From Polyangia bacterium (GTDB lineage: Bacteria > Myxococcota_A > Polyangia > JAAYKL01): 64,000 nucleotides of DNA. The notes under the pieces are model-generated. The model did no database searches and was not told the origin of the DNA. It saw only the letters and a program-made list of their open reading frames with translations. Shown in pieces: positions 18,212-27,845 of the stretch (position 1 is its first letter; every line of letters begins with the position of its first letter). The position numbers and the translations under genes are program-made. The DNA is taken from assembly GCA_050287845.1 (NCBI GenBank), contig JBNKCR010000018.1, positions 1-64,000 on the forward strand, given 5' to 3'.

Positions 18212-18997
18212 ATGTCGAACATTGTCATTAAAAGTGAAGCAGATCTGGTGGAAATGCGAAAGGCCTGCAAGCTGGCAGCCAGAACCCTGGTGGAAGCGGC
18301 CAAATTAATTGCACCAGGCGTTACGACAGACGAAATTAATCGATTTGTGCATGACTACACCATTAAACACAATGCCACGCCCGCCCCGCTGGGATATCGC
18401 GGATATCCCAAAAGTGTATGTACATCCGTCAATGAGGTGATTTGCCACGGGATTCCCAGTGATCGAAAGCTGAATGAAGGCGACATCATCAACGTGGATG
18501 TGACGTCCATTCTGAACGGCTGGCACGGGGATGTCTCTGCCACATTTTATGTGGGCAACGTTTCTGATGAAGTGCGTAATCTGGTGGAAGTCACCCGGGA
18601 GTGTCTGAAAAGAGGCATAGAAAAAGTGAAGCCCAAAACCCGGCTGGGAGATATTGGCGCGGTGATTCAGCAATACGCGGAGTCCAACGGTTTTTCAGTG
18701 GTGCAGGATTTTGTGGGGCATGGCATTGGTCGCAATTTTCATGAAGGGCCGCAGGTGTTGCACTTTGGTAAGGCAGGCCGGGGACAGCGGCTGATTCAGG
18801 GAATGACTTTCACCATTGAGCCCATGATCAACCAGGGCGATTACCGTTCTGTCATTCTGGACGACGACTGGACGGCGGTCACCGTTGACGGCAAGTTGTC
18901 CGCGCAATTCGAGCATACCATTGCGGTGACGAATGACGGCGTTGAAATTATGACGGCGTTCGACGAACCGCTCCTTAACAGCGAAGTTTTCAAGTAA
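18212..18997 (+). CDS. map: Methionine aminopeptidase type I
   Basis: SVCTSVNEVICHGIP, DVT, HGD, GHGIG..FHE, TIEPM, SAQFEHT. Confidence 0.97.
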   Translation: MSNIVIKSEADLVEMRKACKLAARTLVEAAKLIAPGVTTDEINRFVHDYTIKHNATPAPLGYRGYPKSVCTSVNEVICHGIPSDRKLNEGDIINVDVTSILNGWHGDVSATFYVGNVSDEVRNLVEVTRECLKRGIEKVKPKTRLGDIGAVIQQYAESNGFSVVQDFVGHGIGRNFHEGPQVLHFGKAGRGQRLIQGMTFTIEPMINQGDYRSVILDDDWTAVTVDGKLSAQFEHTIAVTNDGVEIMTAFDEPLLNSEVFK

Positions 18998-18998
18998 T

Positions 18999-20168
18999 TC
19001 AATGGGCGCAGTGATGGTGCGCAATCACATCATCGTAGATGGATTCCAGCTGTTTCACCCGCGAAACGATGTTGTACTCCGATTCCATTTTGATTCGTGC
19101 GGCAATGCCCATCTGCGCGCGGAGATCCCGATTGTTCAGCAGCGCAATCAGATGTTTTGCAATGGATGCTGCGTCACGTTCCGGCACCAGAAATCCCGTT
19201 TCGCCATGGTCGATAATATCCGGGATACCACCATGCAGGGTGCCGATTCCCGGAACACCTGAGGCAGCGGCTTCCTTGAGGACAATGATGCCGGATTCCC
19301 GGTCTAGATTTTTCGCAATGACGCTCGGGGCCATTACCACAAACGCCTGATTCATGAGATCCCGCACGTCATTGTGGGGAAGGGGGCCGGTGAAGCGCAC
19401 GTGGGACGACAGGTTCAGCTCGGAAACCAACCGTTCGCATTCCATGCGCAGCGGTCCATCTCCCACCAGCACCAGCTTAAAGTTACACCCTGCATCCCGG
19501 GCCATGGCGGCAGCCCGGATGCCGTAGATATGACCTTTTTTTTCTACAAATCTACCCACCATCAGTACGATGGGCGCCGTTCCGGCAAGGGGGGTGTTGG
19601 TGGGCTGAAACATGTCAAGGTCGATACCCAACGGATTGACAATCACTTTTTCGGCAGGACATCCAATCTGTTCCATCAGTTGCTTCAGTTCCGTGGATGC
19701 AGCAAGGAACAGATTGGCGTCGCGGAACAATGTCCGAAAACCGGAAAGGTATTTCCAGTACCCGGGATGAAACCGATCGTTGCCAAGCAGGATGGTGACG
19801 TCTCTGCCATGAAGGGAAACCACCAGCGGCAGCTTGAAGGCCCTGGCGTATGGAAGCGCGTACAGGCCATTGTGGCCAAAATGGGCGTGGAGAATATCCG
19901 GCTGCAGCTTATGGATTGATTCGAAAAACCGTTTGTTTCGTCCGGTCAGTCCATACCAGAGCGATGCCAGCGGGTGTCGCTCCTCTGGCAGTTTTTCCAC
20001 ATACTCCACCTGATGTCCCGGGAACTGTGCGTGGTTTTTCCACTGCCGGGTAAAAACCGTTGCCTCATATCGTTCGTGATGACGAAGCTCATCGTGAATG
20101 AAGGTTTCTGAATAGTGCAAAAATACATTGCGAAAGAGTCCAACATGTCGCTTCTCTGTGTCGGTCAC
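18999..20168 (-). CDS. GT4 family glycosyltransferase (WcaL-like)
   Basis: SETFI, HAHFG, HGRD, VGRFVEKKG, ESG.IVLKEAAA.G.P, HGGIPDI. Confidence 0.9.
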   Translation of the reverse strand: MTDTEKRHVGLFRNVFLHYSETFIHDELRHHERYEATVFTRQWKNHAQFPGHQVEYVEKLPEERHPLASLWYGLTGRNKRFFESIHKLQPDILHAHFGHNGLYALPYARAFKLPLVVSLHGRDVTILLGNDRFHPGYWKYLSGFRTLFRDANLFLAASTELKQLMEQIGCPAEKVIVNPLGIDLDMFQPTNTPLAGTAPIVLMVGRFVEKKGHIYGIRAAAMARDAGCNFKLVLVGDGPLRMECERLVSELNLSSHVRFTGPLPHNDVRDLMNQAFVVMAPSVIAKNLDRESGIIVLKEAAASGVPGIGTLHGGIPDIIDHGETGFLVPERDAASIAKHLIALLNNRDLRAQMGIAARIKMESEYNIVSRVKQLESIYDDVIAHHHCAH

Positions 20169-20311
20169 CCGTGGTTTCTCCTTCTCGGTTTAATTTCACC
20201 AGTCGCGTATTCAACCGGCACATTGGCACCTGGCTGCGGCTTTACCATATCCGGGCACAAAAGAGCAGGAGAATGTTCCGCCTCGAAAAATTTTTCATGG
20301 ACCCCGGGACG

Positions 20312-20755
20312 TCACCCCGGCAACGTGCTCTCCACCCACTGAACGATGCGGTTGGCGTCCATTGCGCCGGAGGCTCTGTTGACTTCCTTACCATCCCGGA
20401 ACAACGCCATAGTGGGAATGGAGCGAATATTGTACATGGCCGAAATCTGCGGTTCCTTTTCGGTGTTGAGCTTGAGGTACACAACTTTGCCTGAATGACG
20501 GCTGGCGGCGCCTTCGAATTGAGGCGCCATCATCCGGCAGGGTCCACACCAGGGGGCCCAGAAATCGACAAGGACCGGCAGATTGCTTCGGGCGATAATC
20601 CGGGAAAATATTTCTCCATTCACTTCGCTGGGCTTCGGGGAAATCAACGGCAGGTGGCACTTTCCGCATTTGCCATCGATGACATCCTTTGTGGGTGGAA
20701 TCGCGTTCGCGGCGCCACAGTGGGTACAGACAACGAGTTTGTTGTTATCACTCAT
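20312..20755 (-). CDS. trxC: Thioredoxin 2 with N-terminal zinc finger
   Basis: CTHC...CGKC zinc site plus DFWAPWCGPC; GGAGG RBS before ATG 20755. Confidence 0.93.
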   Translation of the reverse strand: MSDNNKLVVCTHCGAANAIPPTKDVIDGKCGKCHLPLISPKPSEVNGEIFSRIIARSNLPVLVDFWAPWCGPCRMMAPQFEGAASRHSGKVVYLKLNTEKEPQISAMYNIRSIPTMALFRDGKEVNRASGAMDANRIVQWVESTLPG

Positions 20756-21038
20756 GTTTACCTCCCTCTCACAAACTTTATGCCCCAATCGGTGGCGGTC
20801 AAGGAGAAGTGATTTGGTTTGCACGCCATCCGTTTCATCGTTATAATTTCTGTGGAGGTTTGCCTGGCCCAAATGCGAAAAATCAGAAAAAGTCGTCGCC
20901 CAATCCGGTCTTCAATTCATCACATTCTCACTGTTTCAAATCACGACGAACCCATGGCGGCAATAGCGCCTCGACAATAGCGTGGCACGCCGTCCAACGT
21001 GTTGGCGGTAAACCGAATTAACAAAATGGAGGTTCGCA

Positions 21039-21644
21039 ATGGAGTATTATCCGGAACATCATTTTAAGTTGCCAACCAGTCAGGATCTGGCAGTGCGACA
21101 ACCCAGAGTGAATACAGATCTGAATCGGTTCCACGAATTTGTCTGTACAATGCCCGGTTTCCGAAAAAACTATTTTCGATACGATGTGTCTGATTTTGAC
21201 CGGTGTCGCGATGAATTGAGCAGCTACAACGGACACGAACGCTGGGCGCTCCTCGCCGAAATGGATGGTGATATTGTGGCAACCGGTTCCATCGATCGCC
21301 AACCGTTCGCATGGTCTCATCATGTGGCGGAACTGCGCTGTACCGTCGCACCCCTGTTCAACCATCTGGGAATTGGCCGGATTCTGTTACATCAACTGGT
21401 GGAACTGGCCACGAACCAGGGAATTGAGCGCCTGTTTGTAGAAGTCCTCAAGGAACACCGGGGGGCACAGACCAAGCTGACCCGTGAAGGATTTTCCCGG
21501 GAAGCGGTTCGTCCCAAATATATCCGGGATGTGTACGGGAATCTCCACGACGTGGTTGTCATGTCCATTCATTTACAGGACGTCTGGGGCAGATTCGAAG
21601 AAATGCTCTATGAGATGGACTGCCATTTTTCCGCCGGATTGTAG
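21039..21644 (+). CDS. GNAT family N-acetyltransferase
   Basis: HVAELRCTV.P.F..LGIGR.LL acetyl-CoA-binding motif, GF.REAV, D..G.LHDVVVM. Confidence 0.82.
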   Translation: MEYYPEHHFKLPTSQDLAVRQPRVNTDLNRFHEFVCTMPGFRKNYFRYDVSDFDRCRDELSSYNGHERWALLAEMDGDIVATGSIDRQPFAWSHHVAELRCTVAPLFNHLGIGRILLHQLVELATNQGIERLFVEVLKEHRGAQTKLTREGFSREAVRPKYIRDVYGNLHDVVVMSIHLQDVWGRFEEMLYEMDCHFSAGL

Positions 21645-21734
21645 ATTGCATTCCATCGCACTGCCCCACCCGGTTCAGCGAGATCACGCCGTTTTTATTT
21701 TGTGATTTTTACAGACAGTAGTATTTGTATATGA

Positions 21735-22148
21735 ATGATAGATTCTCGCTGGACACAGAAGGACGAGTTAATCGACATACTGCTCGATTTAAAGCATGAC
21801 CTCGGAAAATACCTGTTTCTCCATTTGTCCCATCTGACCGTTGATTCCCCGCCGGATATGGTGAAAGAAGCGTTGAAGACTGCCCTTTTCGAGACCCGGA
21901 AAGTGGGGGGACGCGTGCAGACCGCGCGGGAAATCTGGGATCGGTATCACAGTGAAATAGACGCTCTGAATTATGCGTTTTCAAGCTATGAGTTGTTGCG
22001 CGCAGCCATTGCAGAGGCATTGGAAATGCGGCGTTTCCTGGACGCCGAGGATAGCGCTCCCGCTCCCCACGTCGGGCAAATCCAGAAGATTGCCAGACAG
22101 GTGTCAGAAACCATTCAGCAGATTATTGGGGAGGAAAGCGATGAGTGA
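21735..22148 (+). CDS. Small hypothetical protein with H-box-like motif (LKHDLGKY)
   Basis: 137-aa predicted helical ORF; its stop overlaps the next gene's ATG (ATGAGTGA). Confidence 0.7.
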   Translation: MIDSRWTQKDELIDILLDLKHDLGKYLFLHLSHLTVDSPPDMVKEALKTALFETRKVGGRVQTAREIWDRYHSEIDALNYAFSSYELLRAAIAEALEMRRFLDAEDSAPAPHVGQIQKIARQVSETIQQIIGEESDE

Positions 22149-23793
22149 TCGGATTCGTATACTGCTCGTGGACGATGGTGACACGTATGCGGAGCTTATC
22201 CACAGACACATGCCGGAATGTGAGCTGATTGTCGATAATCGGAAGGGGGATGCCCGCACCTGTATCGGAGATGGCCCATCTGCCATTTCATTTCTTGAGA
22301 CCTACCGGGGCCCCCTTGATGCCGTGTTGCTGGATATGCATTTTGACATTCCCGAGGACCGCCTGTTTACGCTGGATGAAGGAGCCAGTCTTCGCCGAAC
22401 CAAACGATTTCAGGGGGTGGCTATTCTGCGGGAGATCCATGAGCGTTTTCCGGCGCTGCCAGTGGTCCTTCTGACGTCACTCGAAGATTTGTCCCTGGTG
22501 GATGCCGCCAAAGATCTGATTTCCCAATCCATGACCTATGTTTTGGACGGCCAGGATTTGGATGCCCTGCGTGTTCGGATTGCGTCTGCCACCCGGCGAT
22601 CCAGGGTGGAGGATGACAGTAGCCGGGTGTTGTGGGGAAACAACAGCGCCATGAAATCCATTCAGCGCCGACTGACGGTATTGGCCAGGGGGAGTATGCC
22701 GGTGATCCTGGAAGGGGAGACAGGTACCGGGAAATCATGGCTGGCTGAACAGTTTGTACACTTGAACAGTCGGCGAACCGGCCCCTTCGTGGTGCTGGAT
22801 CTCTCCACCATCCCGGAGAATCTGTTATCGGCGCATCTGTTTGGCGCGGTGAAAGGTGCATATACGGGAGCGGTGGAAAATCGCAAGGGCGTCTTCGAAA
22901 TGGCAAATGAAGGGACGCTGTTTATCGATGAAATCCAGAATGCGCCTTTAGAAGTGCAGAAGCAGTTGCTGCTGGTGCTCCAGGATCGAAAGGTGCGGCC
23001 GCTGGGCAGTCCACGGGAGATTCTCGTGGACGTGAAAGTGGTGGCGGCCAGCAACCGACCGCTGGATCAGGCAGTGGCCTCCGGTTCGTTTCGCCCGGAT
23101 TTGTACATGCGCCTGTCTCCGGCCACCCGCGTTCAGATTCCGCCCCTGCGCCATCGACTGGAAGATTTGCATTATCTGGCTGATCGGTTTACCCGCCGCG
23201 CTATGCAGAACAACGACATCGCCGCAATGGTCAAAGAAGTGGCCGATGCTATCGGCAACAGAACCGTTTCGGATATTCGCCTGGTGGTCGGACGAAATTC
23301 GCGTCCCGGAGATGATGACGCTGTTCATCTGGTGGTGCCCAATCCGGTGTGGAAACTGCTCGAGAGTCACTCGTGGCCCGGAAACATCAGAGAACTTGAA
23401 ATGCTCATTTACAATCTTATCACGTTCACGCTGGTTGATACTATCGATACACTTCGCCGGGGAATTCCGATTTCAACCAGCAATCTGCAGGTGGACGCCG
23501 GCCTTGTGGGCAATCTCATTCAGAGTGCGCGGGTGCTTCCGCTGCCGGATAGCCGGCAACCGGGACAAAACACAGACGACAATGCCATTTCGGTGACGCT
23601 GAAATCCGCCACCACCCTCAACGACGTGGCCAACGATGTAGAACGCCAGTATTTTCTGTCGCTGTTTCGCTCCTGTAAACGGGATTTTTCCATGATGGCC
23701 CGCGTTCTTCTCGGGGATACGGCTAAAGCACGCGCGGTGCGGCTGCGATTTAACCAGCTGGGGTTGCGCGTCAGAGAAATCGAGCCGCGATGA
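22141..23793 (+). CDS. Sigma54-dependent transcriptional activator (atypical REC - AAA+ - Fis-like tail)
   Basis: ILLVDD...LLDM receiver; GETGTGKS Walker A, GAYTGA loop, LFIDEI Walker B, FRPDLY.RL, WPGNIRELE; GAGG RBS before 22141. Confidence 0.92.
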   Translation: MSDRIRILLVDDGDTYAELIHRHMPECELIVDNRKGDARTCIGDGPSAISFLETYRGPLDAVLLDMHFDIPEDRLFTLDEGASLRRTKRFQGVAILREIHERFPALPVVLLTSLEDLSLVDAAKDLISQSMTYVLDGQDLDALRVRIASATRRSRVEDDSSRVLWGNNSAMKSIQRRLTVLARGSMPVILEGETGTGKSWLAEQFVHLNSRRTGPFVVLDLSTIPENLLSAHLFGAVKGAYTGAVENRKGVFEMANEGTLFIDEIQNAPLEVQKQLLLVLQDRKVRPLGSPREILVDVKVVAASNRPLDQAVASGSFRPDLYMRLSPATRVQIPPLRHRLEDLHYLADRFTRRAMQNNDIAAMVKEVADAIGNRTVSDIRLVVGRNSRPGDDDAVHLVVPNPVWKLLESHSWPGNIRELEMLIYNLITFTLVDTIDTLRRGIPISTSNLQVDAGLVGNLIQSARVLPLPDSRQPGQNTDDNAISVTLKSATTLNDVANDVERQYFLSLFRSCKRDFSMMARVLLGDTAKARAVRLRFNQLGLRVREIEPR

Positions 23794-26663
23794 CACAGCT
23801 TTCGGCATATCTCCTGCTGATGATGCTGGCACAGAGCGCAGCACCTCTCGAAGACAACGACACCGATCAGGCTGCCGACGTGCCGGTTCCAATGATGCCG
23901 AACATTATGGCCCCGGCGGAGGGGATGGATTCTGAAGTCGCTGAAGATTTGAAGGCCGCGATTGCGAATCTGGCCAGAGAAAAGAATGAGCAGGGCAAGA
24001 AACTGCTGAAAAGATTCAAGTATCCCGAGGCATTGGCATCGTTTCGGGAAGCCTATGAATTGGATCCGCAGAACGCCGAAGTGCTGAATAATTTTGGATA
24101 TGCCCATGCGCTTCTGGGAAATTTTGAAGATGCGCAGAAATACTACGAAGAATCCATTCTGATCGCACCGGATCGCTCGGTGGTATACCTGAATTACAGT
24201 GATTTACTGGTAGAATTTTTCCCGGAAGATGAAAAGAGTCTGAGCAATGCGGCGGCACTGCTCATTAAAGCCAGGGAATTGCTCGGCAACAGCCCCCGGG
24301 TGATTATTCGCCAGGCCAGGCTGGAAGTTCTTCGCGGTCAGCTGCCCGAGGCGGAGCGATATTATCGCGAATATCTGGTACAGCGAAAACCGAACGACAA
24401 GCTTAAGATTGAGCTGGGCGACTTCTTTCGCGATATGGGAAAAACAGATGAGGCGATACAATGGTATGAATCCGTAAAAGATGAACCGACACTGGCCATT
24501 GCCGAAGGGCGTCTCTGGGAGATGGAAGTGGCGGCGCAAAGTGTTCGGCTGGGGTGGCAGGGGGACAAGGTATCGCCGCAGTCGGAACGGTTGGCCGCCA
24601 GCGCGCAGAAACTGTTCAACGCCAAAAAATATGTTCAGTCAGAACGGTTGTATCGCCAGGTTCTCAAGGAATCCCCCATTTATGCCGGGGCCATGGCCGG
24701 CTTTGGCGATTTGCTGTACCGGACAGGAAGAGTGCATGATGCGGAGATGTACTGGCTGAGAGCGCTGGTTATCGACCGGGACAACCCGTCGCTGTACGCA
24801 AAACTGGCGCAAATGTATCTGGACCGAAAGAACCGCGACCAGGCGTCATGGGCTGTGGTCTTTTTGTCCCGCGCACTGGAACTCCGTCCCCAATGGATCG
24901 ATTTGGAGCTGGATTTGGCGGTGGCGTTGCGGGAAACCGGAGAGCCGCTGGGGGCGCTGTCCCACGTTAAACGCTATCTGAATCGTGCTGAAGCCGATGA
25001 TGCCAAACGGCAGGACGCCATGAAATTGAAACGGGCCCTCGAAACCCTGATTCCCGCGGAGGCACTGATTGAGAGTGGTCTGGATGAAGCGGTGCAAATC
25101 GATGGCGATGAGCTGAGTCCCGCTCTGTCGGAGTCACTGCGCAAGGCAAAAGCTCATCTGAAACGGGGAAGTCTGAACGGTGCCATGGCGGCGCTGCGAA
25201 ACCTGGATGAAAAAGATCGCGGGCCGGTGGTGCTGAATCTGGAGGCGCGGATTCTGATGGGGGCAGGCAAAATCAGGGATGCGCGGGATGTGATGATCGA
25301 GTCGCTGCAGAAGGTGGAAAGCCAGCCCATTATTCATGAGCAGTTGGCCCGGGCCTACATCGAACTCGGCAATCCCCGAAGGGGACGGATTCACCTGCTG
25401 CGTGCGGAACAACTGGGATACACGGGTGCCACCTATCTGCTGGCCAAACTGGATGCCGGAGATTTGGGCGAAGATTTTATATCGATTCTGAAAGATTTGG
25501 CCCGACTTCGGCAACTGATGCTGGCGCAAAAGCGGATTCGGTCGTTTTTGCTGAACGATTCGGCCTCCATTTATCGGGCGGAAGCGCGGGCATTACGGGA
25601 TAAACTCGCAGATCGTTTTGATGCGTTCAAATCCATGGCGGCATTGACGCTGCTCTCTCTGGCCCTGGTGCTGTTCATTCTGTTCCTGCGCATCTGGGGA
25701 GGTACGGATTTGCGGCGCCTCATTGCAAAGCATCCGGACGCCGGCATTCAGATTCAACGCACGTTGTCGGCCATTCGACACGAGGTACTCAAGCACAATA
25801 CCATGATGCTGGTTGGTCTGGTGGATGCCATCGAATCCGGAGAGGATGTGTCGGCACGGGTAGACCATTTTCACAAAAAAATGCTGGGCGAAAATGGCAC
25901 CGGTGGGGTTCAGGCGCGCCTTCAGCACTATATTTCGGAGTTGAAGCAGATTGGAGATGCCCATAAGAAACGGTTGAACCTGAAGCGGAAAGATGCCGTG
26001 ACGTCTCCGCTGCTGCGGGGAATGAAACTGATACAGCGAAACCGTTCAAGACTGCTCAGATACGGGCAACTTTCGAGTGCGTCAAAAACGGCGTTGAAAA
26101 AAGATTTGAAAGCCGCCTCTTCATTGCTCAACATTGAAGGATATGAAGCGGTCCGGGATTTGTTGAATCAACTCCGAACCCTGGCAGTGAATGAGGCGCT
26201 CTTGCGTTCGGTATATGAACAGTGCATCATGGAACCGGCATTTGCGGGTGTGCCATTCGCACCGCTGCGCATGACACTGGAAATCGCTGAAAACAGCGCA
26301 GTCAACGTGGCACTCCCCAGAGCTGCATTTGAAGATATAGTGACCAACCTGATTCGCAACGCCATTCAATCCTCGCTGATATATGGCGAAGCCTCCTCGA
26401 AGGTGGAAATTGCCCTGGCGCTCCAGACCGAAGTGGATATGGTAACGGGTATCGAGCGGGCAGTGCTCCTGGTGAAGGACAAGTCGCCCCGGGAGTTGAC
26501 GGCCGAAATGTTGCGCGGGCGGTATATTGAAGAGGGGTTGGGGCTGACAGCGGATCTGGTGACGCGGTACGATGGGACGCTCGATGTGTTCAGCGGGGAT
26601 GACCAATGGCAAAAAGCAGTGGCTGTAAAATTACCCGTGGCCACCTATGGCGATGACACGTGA
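23790..26663 (+). CDS. TPR-repeat membrane protein with atypical histidine-kinase-like cytoplasmic domain
   Basis: Signal-like N-terminus, many TPRs (e.g. AYELDPQNAEVLNNFGYA), one TM helix (AALTLLSLALVLFILFL), AIRHEVLKH H-box-like, NLIRNA N-box, EEGLGL G2 box. Confidence 0.82.
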   Translation: MTQLSAYLLLMMLAQSAAPLEDNDTDQAADVPVPMMPNIMAPAEGMDSEVAEDLKAAIANLAREKNEQGKKLLKRFKYPEALASFREAYELDPQNAEVLNNFGYAHALLGNFEDAQKYYEESILIAPDRSVVYLNYSDLLVEFFPEDEKSLSNAAALLIKARELLGNSPRVIIRQARLEVLRGQLPEAERYYREYLVQRKPNDKLKIELGDFFRDMGKTDEAIQWYESVKDEPTLAIAEGRLWEMEVAAQSVRLGWQGDKVSPQSERLAASAQKLFNAKKYVQSERLYRQVLKESPIYAGAMAGFGDLLYRTGRVHDAEMYWLRALVIDRDNPSLYAKLAQMYLDRKNRDQASWAVVFLSRALELRPQWIDLELDLAVALRETGEPLGALSHVKRYLNRAEADDAKRQDAMKLKRALETLIPAEALIESGLDEAVQIDGDELSPALSESLRKAKAHLKRGSLNGAMAALRNLDEKDRGPVVLNLEARILMGAGKIRDARDVMIESLQKVESQPIIHEQLARAYIELGNPRRGRIHLLRAEQLGYTGATYLLAKLDAGDLGEDFISILKDLARLRQLMLAQKRIRSFLLNDSASIYRAEARALRDKLADRFDAFKSMAALTLLSLALVLFILFLRIWGGTDLRRLIAKHPDAGIQIQRTLSAIRHEVLKHNTMMLVGLVDAIESGEDVSARVDHFHKKMLGENGTGGVQARLQHYISELKQIGDAHKKRLNLKRKDAVTSPLLRGMKLIQRNRSRLLRYGQLSSASKTALKKDLKAASSLLNIEGYEAVRDLLNQLRTLAVNEALLRSVYEQCIMEPAFAGVPFAPLRMTLEIAENSAVNVALPRAAFEDIVTNLIRNAIQSSLIYGEASSKVEIALALQTEVDMVTGIERAVLLVKDKSPRELTAEMLRGRYIEEGLGLTADLVTRYDGTLDVFSGDDQWQKAVAVKLPVATYGDDT

Positions 26664-26677
26664 TGGAGGTGAACACG

Positions 26678-27145
26678 ATGGACACGGTAGTACTGATAAT
26701 TGAAGATGGGGATGAATACCTCGACAGTCTGAGTCAGTTCGTGCAGGGACCGGAATATCTGCAAGCCAAAAGTGGCGAACAGGCGGTGGAGATTCTCCAG
26801 ACGCGAATGGTCGATTTGATTTACCTCGACATGCGGTTTGACCGGATTCCCATGACAGATTTGCTCGGTGATCATGTGAAGGCCACCCGGGAACATAACG
26901 GCGATCCGTTGCGGGCATTTAAATTTTTGCAGAATAATCAGGGACTGTTTATTCTGGAAAAGCTGCGCAAGGAGAATCTGGTCCATATTCCGGTGATCCT
27001 GGCGTATGATTTTTCGAGGCAACAGAAACGGTACGAGCATTTAAAACGGATACATCAGAGCCTTCGCTGGGTGCCGGATGCCGTCACACCGACCGAAATT
27101 CGAAACCTGATGAACGAATGCATTGTCGAACGGGCAGGGCGGTAA
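26678..27145 (+). CDS. Single-domain response regulator (atypical receiver)
   Basis: VLIIEDGDEY, AKSGEQA, DLIYLDMRFD, QGLFIL, IPVIL; GGAGG RBS before ATG 26678. Confidence 0.8.
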   Translation: MDTVVLIIEDGDEYLDSLSQFVQGPEYLQAKSGEQAVEILQTRMVDLIYLDMRFDRIPMTDLLGDHVKATREHNGDPLRAFKFLQNNQGLFILEKLRKENLVHIPVILAYDFSRQQKRYEHLKRIHQSLRWVPDAVTPTEIRNLMNECIVERAGR

Positions 27146-27146
27146 G

Positions 27147-27845
27147 ATGCCGGTACGTGGCGATCGTCTCGCATGGCCTTATGTCCCCTGTCTGCTGATG
27201 TGCATTCTGATTGTTCAGTCTCCATGCATTGCGAAAACCGATACCGAAGGTCCGCCACGGCCCACCACCTGCGACACTCTTTCCGGCGCCACCCGGGTCA
27301 AACTGCCTCTGGCGCGCATTGTTGCGTTGGATTTGGCCATGTACGCGGGGTTGGTGATTTTGTGGCCTTACGCGTTTTCGCCAAGTGAAGGCAGTATTGA
27401 GCAGTTCAGGGAGAGCTGGACCGAACGGCCATACATGAACTACAGTAAAATCTTTTTTGAGCTGGATGACGATCCGTGGGCGATTAACACGGTCCTTCAC
27501 GGACTGTACGGTTCAGAAGTGTATCTGGCAGGTCGCACCATCGGCCATTCCGGTCTGGTATCTTTTTTATATGCCATGTTCGCTTCCGTGACCTGGGAGT
27601 ATCTGGTGGAGGGATGGTTTCATCAGCCGTCGGCCATCGATTTGGCCTGGACCCCCGTGGCCGGTGCGGTGATTGGCGAGCTGCGCTTTCAGCTACTCCG
27701 CATCATCATGATGCACGTGTCTTCCCGGATGCTGCGTAATATCCTCATGACCACCCTTGACCCCATCGGCCAACTGGAACGCGCCATCATGGGGTGCACC
27801 ATCCGATGCGGCTACAGCTTGCGGAGATCGTCCAGTTCTTTCTGA
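27147..27845 (+). CDS. DUF3943-like protein
   Basis: DDDPWAINTVLHGLYGSEVY..GR, WEYLVE.....PS.IDL..TP..G..IGE pattern. Confidence 0.75.
   Translation: MPVRGDRLAWPYVPCLLMCILIVQSPCIAKTDTEGPPRPTTCDTLSGATRVKLPLARIVALDLAMYAGLVILWPYAFSPSEGSIEQFRESWTERPYMNYSKIFFELDDDPWAINTVLHGLYGSEVYLAGRTIGHSGLVSFLYAMFASVTWEYLVEGWFHQPSAIDLAWTPVAGAVIGELRFQLLRIIMMHVSSRMLRNILMTTLDPIGQLERAIMGCTIRCGYSLRRSSSSF

Noticed and set aside
21973..22140. N-terminal extension of the sigma54 activator given in the ORF track
   Set aside because: It overlaps the upstream gene; the receiver domain and an RBS begin at ATG 22141.
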